From positions 237,312 through 301,311 of the forward strand of contig NMRA01000212.1 in NCBI GenBank assembly GCA_002633005.1: 64,000 nucleotides of DNA, read 5' to 3'. The position numbers were made by a program, and so were the translations under genes. Positions within the stretch are counted from its first letter, which is position 1; every line of letters begins with the position of its first letter. Shown in pieces: positions 36,464 to 48,400 of this stretch. Source of the stretch: Phoronis australis. Taxonomy: Eukaryota > Animalia > Phoronida. Below the pieces are notes generated by a model. It was not told where the DNA came from and made no database searches. It worked only from the letters and a program-made list of their open reading frames with translations.

Positions 36464-39400
36464 TTAGGCATAGTAACTGGGTGAGACTAAGACATCAGTT
36501 AGCACCACTAGTTGGTCATCGGTAAACTTGTGTTTGTGATCATGCCAGTTGTCATGGTGGGTTCTTCGAAAGTTGGAGAGAGACTTCTTTACAGTCATCT
36601 GAAAAGACATTGAAAAGAGTTTACTAAAAGTGAAGTGTAACATGGCTGTCAGTCAACCTGTGTCAACTGCCCCAAACTAACTGGGATAGACTACGATCCG
36701 GTACGTCTAAATCACTGTTATGGCATGTTGTGTAAATCTACACAAAAACAGGAAAAGGAAATAGCTTGGTGGCATGGCAGAACACTAGATGGCATTATAA
36801 GTTTGCACTCACAGACAAGTGCTTCAGCAAAGTATCCATCGACTGGCAACACATAAAATACGCCGTACCTGTATTGGTTGCGGATCATCCACATGACCTG
36901 TCAGATCCATCAGAATCTCTGGTATGAACTCTGGAACGTCGTAGGGATACGCTTGAACACATGCGCCCAGTCCCAGTACACCGGCGTGCCGACGAATCAG
37001 ATTGTCCATACTCATGTTCTCTTTAACGTGTCGCTTCTTTCTCACTTCCGTACTACTCAGCTTTTCGAAATGTTTCTGAAAATATTTTAAGGTTACGACA
37101 ATCAGGTGTAGTTACAATCCACCACATTGATATAGTAGGGGTGACTGTGGCTGTTCTTGGTGTATGCCGTGTCAAGTGGGTCAACCATATAATTACCACT
37201 GATAGGTTACCAATGACAACTTATAAGTCATGAACTAATCAGATGCAATTGCCGTTTGACCCAATTGAACTGAGGCATGCTGGGTATTTGATCAGCGTTA
37301 CTTTTTATGAATTTCCAAATTTATTTTCAGACCCTGTTACGCAAAAACTGTTTTTCATAATTTAATGGAAAATCAATTTCAGCATGAATTTCTGTGTCCC
37401 AAATTTTGGAGACTTCCCAAACTGGAGAATTTTTACCGTAAAATAACCAGAGCCAAGATTCATGAACTCCTAAACTTCCGCATTTTTGGGTGTTTCATAA
37501 TTTTTCTGAACAGTTGCTGAAACATGAAACAAAGTTATTTCAAATAGTCACACAAACACAAGCAGTCGTCTAAAATCCCACCATCGAAGAATAAGTTACG
37601 AAAATTTGCCAAATTCTTACAGAATGATATTACATACCAACTGTTCAAGAACATAATTAAAGAAAGTATAAGTCTATTGAACCTACCAAAAGCCGTTTGT
37701 CCATATTAATGTAACCACATTGCAGGAATCCACCCAAAGTCTCAGCAGCCAGTTCCCGTACCTGCACACATAAAACATGTCGATGCATTCCACTTTACCA
37801 CAATTCCATTTTACTATCACATGCTCAGATGTTCCAGGACAGCATTGATTAAATAAAGTAATAGTGCTGGAAATGTACAGAAATCAAGAGCAATAGTTTC
37901 AGCATGCCCAGCAAGTTTGAACTTTGGGCTTGGAGGAGGTAAGCAGTTTTTTCAGTGGCTTAGAATTTTGCTGATGGTTGTAAATCATGGGAATCTTCAC
38001 ACAAAAGAGGCATTTTGAAAATGAAAAGCAAGTTCAGTGAAAGGAGTTCTGTCATTTTTCTCACACAACTGTCCAAGTTGGACTGTGTAACTAAACACAG
38101 CTTAAACAAGAGCAACGCGGAGCGTTGAAATGCGCCCACAATTGCACCGCATACGGTATCCTTCTAGGGTTGTTTATTGGTAACATAAAGTGGCCAGTAG
38201 AGGGCATACTTTGCAAAATGGAAAGGCATGGTCATTGTCTCCTCAATAGGCTAGGGGCAAAATGTGAGTAATCTTCATAATACAAGCACATCCTATACAC
38301 CAGTTGCTTAAAGCACCACAGAAACAAAAAAATTAAAAACAAATTTACCAACATCNNNNNNNNNNNNNNNNNNNNNNNNNNNNNNNNNNNNNNNNNNNNN
38401 NNNNNNNNNNNNNNNNNNNNNNNNNNNNNNNNNNNNNNNNNNNNNNNNNNNNNNNNNNNNNNNNNNNNNNNNNNNNNNNNNNNNNNNNNNNNNNNNNNNN
38501 NNNNNNNNNNNNNNNNNNNNNNNNNNNNNNNNNNNNNNNNNNNNNNNNNNNNNNNNNNNNNNNNNNNNNNNNNNNNNNNNNNNNNNNNNNNNNNNNNNNN
38601 NNNNNNNNNNNNNNNNNNNNNNNNNNNNNNNNNNNNNNNNNNNNNNNNNNNNNNNNNNNNNNNNNNNNNNNNNNNNNNNNNNNNNNNNNNNNNNNNNNNN
38701 NNNNNNNNNNNNNNNNNNNNNNNNNNNNNNNNGGCGCATAAAAAGGTTCGTGATCCTGGTTGAGAAGATAACTGGTTTTTAAACCCCTATGGCTTTGAAT
38801 AGGCCAAGCCCTGAATGTGAAACAACAGTTGCAGCCTAGACAGCTTGTTTGCATAAACAACATGTATCTGAATCATGCAGTATCAACGTGTAATTGCCAA
38901 CTTTGACCAATTTAGGTATATAAGACATGAGTTTTCCCCATAACTACAGCAAATCGTGACAAATTTTGAAGAAAACTGCCAGCCTCTTTTAAAAACTACT
39001 GCAAAGGAGGCCCTACCTCTAGCTGATCATCACAGAGTAGATGTAAGATGAGTTCCTCTATCTCAGTAACAATTTCCTTTGTCTGCACCAAGAACAAGTT
39101 GCAGAAGACCATTACTTGGAGAAAGGTCAACATGCCAGCGCGGGCATGCCAGGAGGCCAGGCCAGCCACCTGAAATCACACAGAGATAGTAGACAAGAAT
39201 GTCTGACTCAGCAAAATGAAGGACAATTTTAGCTTATCTTCAATTGCTGTATCCTTCATCAATTACATACTAGTACAAACATCTGAATGGCATTATCCTT
39301 TAAATAAACAAAAACAGCTATAAAATCCTAATGTGCTTGAGAAACATTTCAAAGACAATACCTTGCATCCCCGGAGGAAAGAAAACCAGAGGAAATCACC

Positions 39401-42400
39401 AACCACACCCACAAAATTGCAAACTATTTAAATATGGTAGCTTCACAAGTGCCCAGCCCTCCTTACCATGAAGGAACCTGTAATAGTCACACCCTATCCA
39501 CTCCCTTCCATGCACACAAAATAAGCTTGAGAGAAGCTAGTTAGATCACTTGCTTCGACAGCAATATACGGCCATAATATCTTGTTAACTCTCAATTTTT
39601 CCATGTTTCTCCCGTCTTCAGACTGCAGGTCTGGTGTGAACAGTTCTTACCTCACTTAGAGTTCTCAACGCCACTGAAATGAGATCTGGGGTGAGTAGTG
39701 CTTGCGCCATGCAGGCCAGGGCAACCTCTGCTTCCTTCCTCAGCTCGTCATCACTTTCAGCCAACAGAGGGCACACCTAAAACAGAAAAAAATTATAGAA
39801 GACATCTTTGGAACCAGCTTAGAATCATGCAAACATCTACATATCCATACAACTTTTTTGTTTCTTCCTAATTATTATACATTGGTCCAAACTCTGTGAC
39901 AAGGCAGTGTTTCTTTTACTTTGAAAGCAAATTTTAATCCTAGAAATATAAAATAAATTTTCACTTTTACGGCAATAACACTAACATCAAAGTGCTGTAA
40001 GACAAACCAGGGAGGGGAAAAATCAAAAATCACACACGGGAAGATTTTGTAAAGAATACTTACCACAGGCAATAACTTGAACATGTCCTCTGAGCTGCAC
40101 TGGTACATTCTACCATAGTTGCCTTTGATCCAGTGAAGCACTGGAAGAAAGTTTGTTCAAATTTTAGTAGTTCAAAATGGTAGGTGAAGCACTAGTCGGT
40201 ACATTGGTCTTGATTCTTTTGGTTCACAAAATAACTGGGCAGGTTAAGTCAACTTGCTGAGCTAGGTGTCAAATAATCATGAACTGTCAAGTCCTTTCAA
40301 GCTTAGAAATCACTTTAGAATATAAATAAGAAACAAGACAGTTTAGACCAGTTTTATAAAGGTACGTAGTCTAAATCAAAATATGTTTTGACATATTATA
40401 AGATGAGTTTATTGTACATAAAAGACTTCATTACTGTTCAGTTAATAAATGGGCAATGAGTAACATCTCAAGTGAAACGTTAATGACTGTCGCGGGCCAA
40501 TCAACCACTTCAGTTTAGACAGTTCCAAGTAACTAGTGAATAATTAAATTCATTTGAATAAATGCAACACAAGAGTAACTTAAAAACTGTTTTCGTGTTT
40601 TCAAAATCACACAAACGCTAGGGTGTGACTGCAACACAAACAGACCCAGGCTGTGACTGAAACACAAACCACAGGCCGAGACTGCAACACATACCAGTTT
40701 TAACGACCTTGATGGCAGAGTCTCTCTCACTGTTCACTGAATCATCCAACTCAACAGTTGCCAACTTCACTTCTAGAACAGAAAATTATACTCTAATATA
40801 GCAAGTGATAAAAAGGCTAGCGATATTAACATACCAGAATATTGACCTTTATTTAACTCGGCATTTGCCAAAGCATGGGGTATGTACAACACATTTTATT
40901 TGACAAATCATAACATGCACAATGATTGAAGCTATATTTATTGAAGTCTACAAAGACAATGACTTAAATCTGCGATTTACATATTCATAAGTAGTAAAAT
41001 ACTTATGAATAATGTAAATCTCAAACAGCCGTGGAAATATAGATACCAGCCATTTGTAAGTCTGGTCTGCATGCCACCTGTTGGTCACATCACATAACCT
41101 AATGAACATAAGTCCGAAAAAAGATTTTTGCTCCAACCGGGCCTTGAACCTGGGATCTTCCGCTAAACGTGCAGACGCCCTAGTTCATGGAGCCATCGCG
41201 ACCACCGGTCGAATACAACACTTGTCTTGAAGCTTTCAAAGGCAAGTTGACTGATGTTGCAATGTGCAAAATGTCTCAGGAAAAACAGAACCATTTCACA
41301 GTCAACCCAGCTCATCAAACTGGAGACTGTAGCCAGCACTTTGACTACTCCCATACAAATAGGGATGAGAAAAACACTGCAGTAATTATAGATACCAAGA
41401 GCAGTCAATAAAATTTTCCTGTTTTTTCGTGATAAATATTACATTGTGTGCCTGAGCAGATGGCCACTGGTTGCCTAAACCCTACATAATTGTTCAGTTT
41501 ACCATGTCTCTGGAGAAAGGGTTATACCCAGCTATTTTACCAACAGTACACTGATTTTTTGCGTTAATGACAATTTTACTGACTATTGTTTTATGAACTG
41601 GACCCATGACTACCAAATTTTATTCAGACACTAATAAACTACTCAAACTCTTTTACTCCAGACAATACTTTACACGAGCACCTTCAACAAGAACTACTGA
41701 AACACAGAAAACTGAGAATTGCTGAAGATTTCTAGTTCTTTTGATTAAGTACGTTTTGGTGGATTCCAAAATTAAATGACTCTGTCCAAGTAGTCTTTAA
41801 GTCTAAAGTGGTTTAAAGGACTGAATAAAGTCTGGTAGTCACAGGCTCTGGTAGCAGTGATTCGTCTTTTTGAAAGTGAAAGTCAAGAATGCCGGACATA
41901 AATAAATTTTCGTTTCATTGCAATTTGAATGTTTTTTCATTTCTTAAAGTTTTACTTAATTCCTACAAATGTTTAAAATTTCTTTTTGCAGGCATCTGTA
42001 CAGCACAAACTATCATGCTAAAATTTTTCTGAAGATTGATTTTTACTGAGAAATTTAACAGTTAGAAAAAATTTAATAATTTCACCATGTTATGATCTAA
42101 AATGAAAAATATATCTAACCATCAGCTCCAACGGTATCCTTGAGTATCTCCAGCCTGGGTAATATTGCCTGTATGAACTGTGACCTGACAGGAGCCGTGG
42201 GTTGACTACCATAGGGTAGGGTATAGTCGTACAGGAAGATGTTGGTTAGTGTGCTGCAAGTCAAAGCGAGGCATTCAAAAAGTTGTACAATTACAACAAA
42301 TAAACAACAGACACAGAACTCTCTGGGGGTAATGGGAACATAAGAACGACTTCAGCTTAATCTCCTGTTAATTGTAGTTGGAGAGATAGATTTTGGAAGG

Positions 42401-45400
42401 AACGAATACTGAACACTTTGAAAATCCTACTGAACACTGCGGTACTTCAATGGAAAGATGACCACAAAGAATTTTTTTGTAAAAACAGGAACAACGTGTG
42501 CTCTAAATCTCCATTCTCATTAAAGATGAACTGAACATCGGGCTGAACATTTGTCGACCAAAAACCTCGGAGTCCTCACCAGCTCACAGGACAATGTATT
42601 TCAAGCCCTCACATAGGAAACCACCAAGCGTATTACTAGTACCTTCCGACTCGCTCTCTCACATTCTTGTAGGCATGAGACAGGTGAGGAAGGAGATAGT
42701 CAACAAGTCGGTGAAGTAGTCTGGGGACCCTCCACTCTTGTTGTGCTAAGGCACCTTGTAATACATAGAGCCGGCTGAAATGATCAAGATACATGTGATT
42801 AACAAGGACCTTATTATACAATAGTTACTTATTAATAAATAGCATAAAGCATAATTAATGCAACTGTTTTGAAGCGTTTTTTGTTTGCAAATATGTAAGA
42901 AATTGAGACAACTTCACGTTACCACATTTCTAGAGACATCTAGAACATGAAAAGCACCATCTTTTGGGAGGCACCTAAAAACATACTGGTGGTATAAGAT
43001 TCCACAAAATTGTGGTTTTCAACGATTGTAACTTGCTGTAGAACTAAAAATGGCAACTTCTTGGGAACAAATTCACTAATATTACATCACACAGTCAGCT
43101 GAAATGTTTTGTAATATTTAGTACTGGATGTAAATTCAGAGTTCACATATAATTGAGACACTGTGCGCCCAAAGTCCCCACAGAACCAAAAATGTGCCTT
43201 CCTCGAGTTTGAAATAAAACAAGAGGACCAACACTAGCCTGCGAACATGGAAATGCAATTGTAAGGATGAAAGCTTGTGCATATTTCTGGCTGCACGAGG
43301 GCCTCAATGACTTTGTGAACTTTGCGCTCATCACAACAATATAAGCCAAATGTCACACCACCACAATCAAATGCAAACTCTCGATATCATGTCACACGGT
43401 ATGCTAACTAGTTCAGCGCATGTGCAGTTTTGTTCACTTGAAACAAACCTGGCATCCTGCTGAGAGCCGCCACTCCCCTTAAGAGGATCGTCCATCAAGA
43501 ACTCTATGATCCAATGTAACATCTTAGGATCACGGCTTTCACTGGCTGTAGCCAGACACGTGCCCCAGTCGGACACCGATTCGGGGCCCATATTGCTTAG
43601 TGCTGTTTGGAGGACGGGAAGAAGCCAGTCCCACATGGCAGACAACTGCAATTACATGAAGGTCATTGTTAGGTAAAGGTCAAGGTCAAGTTCAAAAGTT
43701 TGAACTTTTCTTTCATAGTTATTAAATGACGTTTCAGTTTATTATTAAGTGATAATAAACCAAAACGTCGATAAATACAATGTCTATGTATGCGGTCATT
43801 TTAAAGTTTGCACTCATATTTTGGCCAAAAACAAATTAAATTAACTACAAAGTGTGGCTGACAGATACCTTTTGAAATCCCCAGTGCTTAGAACCCCTGA
43901 TGAGACCTGATATGATTTCTGCTGCACATCTGTGGCTGTGTTCATGAGTATCATGCTTAGTGTCAGACACCAATCTCTCCACATGACTTCGGAACAACGG
44001 CAGAAATGCATCATCATAGTTCCTGAATAGACTCTGAAAACAATTTTTAGTCAAAACTTACAATTGATACAGTACAAGAGACACTGAAATGCTCTGAATT
44101 CAGTTTTAAATAAATTTCTCAGGAATAAGTTCAGTGACATAACTTAGCATGGCTTGCCCCATTTATAAGACACAATATCGTTATTTATTGAAGACAAAGG
44201 ATTCCCCATTGGTTTATGCCTACTCCTTTGTTTACAAAATGGAAGCATACAGTTACAAATGACAAAAAAGAAACTAGTGCAAAGTGTTAGCACATTTATG
44301 TTTTGACAATAAATGAGTGCGAAAATGCAAAATTCTACCATGCATCATTAGTCGAGTTTTTACAGTTCCCTATATGAAGTTACAAACAAAGAACAGATGT
44401 CTGTTAACATTTCTTCACGGCTCAGCTACCATATACACAGATTCAATGAGGCACAGTACATAACAAACCTTAAACATTTCAAAGTGTCTTGGATGAAATT
44501 TATCCTTCCCTTTTTTGTCTTCAAGAGTGAGGTAGTCCACAAACTTGTCAACAAATTCCTGGTTTGCAAAACAATCATATATGGCAAGCTCAGCTTCACT
44601 CATTTCCTCTCGACCACGGCTCAACTTTGGCTGCTCCGACAAGGGGGCATATGTGGTCAACTCCCTAAACGAGACAGGTTTCATTATAACGAAGTGATCA
44701 ATGGCAAGCGCATCGGGAGACAAAAATTAATGCTAAGTTAGAATGGATGTGTTGTAAATCATACAAAAAGTATTGTGTGTTGAAAATCCAAATAAGAATT
44801 AGGTTGTTTTCCCGCCAATGACAAATCTATTGTAAAATGTACATGGCTCATGAAATACAAGATGTACTGCTGTCAAGAACTTAACAGACATCGAAGTATT
44901 GCAAGGCTGGAGTTAACGCTCCATTGTATAAATAACAGAACTTACTTTGGCCATGAGTAATATCCTAAGTGTGTTTTGGCGACAAAACAACACCTGTCCC
45001 ATTTCTCTTGGCTGTCTGGTATTGTATCATACAACAGCCATGAGTTGTCTGGCCTGACACCAGGTGTCAGCACAGCCTGGGCATCACAACCACTGATTTG
45101 ATAAGGGTCAATAACAACCTTCTTGTGATCTCGTTTGTGAGTCTTCAGTATGGCAGACAGAGCCTTGATGCAAATCTGTCAATATACAATAACATTAGTC
45201 ACATTACATCAACCAGACGTCAAATAAGCAACAGTCGTGTAATAAATACTGTGTTTGCAAAATTACTCTAACTTACTAACAGAGAAGTCTGTTGCTTGGT
45301 TTTGGATCTCCTTAATGTCTATCTGATTTAAAATAGTGACATAAGTGTGACTGTAATCAAAAGATGGTATTTCAGCACTAAACTCAACCTCATGCAGCAG

Positions 45401-48400
45401 AATATAAATACCAAACGACCAATTCAAAAATTACAATCAAAGTTTCCGGTAAACCAGTGTGTTACTTGAGATTGCCTTGTTACGGAAATCTTTCGAATGT
45501 AATTTTGTGCTAAAAATGAACTCCATGGGACATTTCAGAAAAAAATGGAAGGTCTCTATCAACATCTTGTGTTGCCAACTGCAGCGCCCTCATTCAGCCA
45601 TTGGCTTCAAACAACCACATATTGTAAGAGGGAGGCTTCATTTGTTGACTGACAAGTGGTCAATTTGAAATACTTTAATAGCACTTATGCAAGAACCTCC
45701 TAATGTGGCCAAATTTGTCGAATTTTGGAACTTTATGTCTCAGAAATGGCTGATCGTATTCATATGAAACTTCACACAGCATATTTTATACACAGTTCGC
45801 CCAAAACATTGTTACGAATTGTTTTGAAAATTTGCCACTTTTGCATGAGGAGCTATCAAGTAATAGGACTTATATGATTTTTATGAACAAAAATCAAAAC
45901 TGGTATAAAATGAAAACAATATGATCATCAGAAAACTGTAACAGCGTTTTTGAGATTTCATTTGGTGAATTTATATCAAACAAAATTTAAGTCATGATAC
46001 TGAATACGGCTGTTTTTCTACGGATGTACCTTTCTTTTTTGCTAAATTTTAATTAGTAAAAATAAATGAACACATGATCCACTCAACAGCAGACAGGCGT
46101 AATGTCAAACTTTTAATTTTACAGGCTTTCTACTTTCACAAAATATGTACTTCTACAAAGTTAAAAATTTATAGTTTTGTAGATATTTCGCTACACACAC
46201 AAAAAAGTTGATAAGGTTCTACATACAAAAAATTATTGCAGGCAGTCTGATACATGTTGTACCAAGCCGCTCGGGAGGGCCCGGTGCACAGATCAGGTCC
46301 TACATAACCTTAGGGGCCAAAAATAACATCTCGCCCAATATTATATGAGCTACACAAGCAAAACAATTCCAAAAGAGCCTCCATGTTCGCTCTTTCCAGG
46401 TCGGAACTTTTTCACAAATCTTAGGCACATATTAATGTTTTGCTGACTTACTTTTCTAACATTGAGTGTATCAGAGATGATATGTGTTGCATACATCTTG
46501 ATAGCACACGTAGGGTAGGGACAGTCAATACGGATCAACAGGTCCAGTAATTGCATGCTGATCTGTTGGAATCTCCATGTCCTGAGAAAAACCAAGTCAA
46601 ACATGTACTACGTCCTCCCATTTTCACATAAATCTTTGAATAAAAATCAGAAAAACGTCTACACAGACAGCCTTTGACATGCTGAGCTCAAAATCAGGGT
46701 ACATCTACAGAAAAAAATGATGAAAACAGTACCACATATTTCCAAATTAATGATGGTGCAAGATAATTTTCAAATTGACTATGTGACTATAAAGACAATT
46801 ACAGGGGCCCCACATTTTGAGAACCAGTTTGACGTCTGTTATTTAGTGACTGTTATAAAGAGTTTACCGCCCAAGTTCAGAGACTGGCTGAGGACTAAGG
46901 AAGAAAATCTAAACTAAGGACCAATGAAGTAGATCATCTAGCAGTAACCAAAATGAAGTTCAACATCGAGTCTTAGTCACAAACCATACTTACAGTTTCT
47001 TGTTTTCCACAATATCAACCAGAGAGGTGACTAGCTCAGTATACGACCTATAAAGACATTAGATAAATCAGGGAACCAGGCTAAGTGTAGTATTTATGAT
47101 TATGCTACTTTAGGTATGGAAAGAGTGTTGTCACCTTTCTCGGAAATTCTGCCATCTTGGGTCCTGTCAGTTCTCTATGGGAAATTACATGCGGTCAAAA
47201 GTTGAAAGGGAAAATGTCAATTGAACACCTTTTTAGTGAACACGTGGTTAATACGTTGTGTAAGGTTCACAGATGCTCAGGTGAAAATTTCAGATTTTTG
47301 AAAGCCAATTTTGTCAAAGTAAACAGTTGTACTACTGTACTAAGAGAATAGGCTACCGCCATATTGTTCATCTCCAACTTCAAGCACTTGCTAGGAGTCA
47401 GATGTAACCAATTTCATTCTCAACTAAAGATAATTTCCATCAAATTCAGAAATAAGATTTCACTAGTCATGCTCTACATAAATATACAAAATAACCTGCA
47501 AGCACAATAAACATTAAGGTCATAACGAAAAATAAGAAAGCCCACCACTTTGCAGACAACTTCTGGGGTCCGTTTCATCACGAGTGACATAACACTTTTG
47601 ATACACAGACTTGTGACCAAAGTCCTACATCACTGTTACACAGTTGGTCCTGACAATTTCCCTGATACTCACNGTTCGTCTCCAACTTCAAGCACTTGCT
47701 AGGAGTCAGATGTAACCAATTTCATTCTCAACAAAAGATAATTTCCATCAAATTCAGAAATAAGATTTCACTAGTCATGCTCTACATAAATATACAAAAT
47801 AACCTGCAAGCACAATAAACATTAAGGTCATAACGAAAAATAAGAAAGCCCACCACTTTGCAGACAACTTCTGGGGTCCGTTTCATCACGAGTGACATAA
47901 CACTTTTGATACACAGACTTGTGACCAAAGTCCTACATCACTGTTACACAGTTGGTCCTGACAATTTCCCTGATACTCACTGGAGCCACTGTTCATTCCT
48001 CGCCCTTTCCTCCTCTCGTCCCCGTTGCAGTTCACTCTCATCGGCCATTGGTAAGCTGACCTTTGTGCCAGATAACCATAACAGTTTACTCGCCTCCACA
48101 CAAGAGTCAGTCACCTGCAGGGATTCGAACCCCGGTCGGGGCAGAGATCGTTACAGAGTAGGTCACGTGATGTGGTCAACATATGGCGCGTATGAAGACT
48201 AATAATTCTTATTTTTTCTAGATGAACTTGCTAGTTGAAACATTCTTGGAACTTAAGTAAACATGTATATTCAACATGCAAATGGGTCGTGCAACTGGAC
48301 AGAACATTCACTACCCATTTATCAAGAGCCATCGCAATGTGTCTGCCCTTACACTAACTCATGAAAGGTAAAAAATCAATACCTTAATCTCAATGGCTGT

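Noticed and set aside
41120-41205. Functional tRNA gene (also 48118-48150)
   Set aside because: No clean cloverleaf; the head runs into a repeated non-tRNA body, consistent with a SINE.
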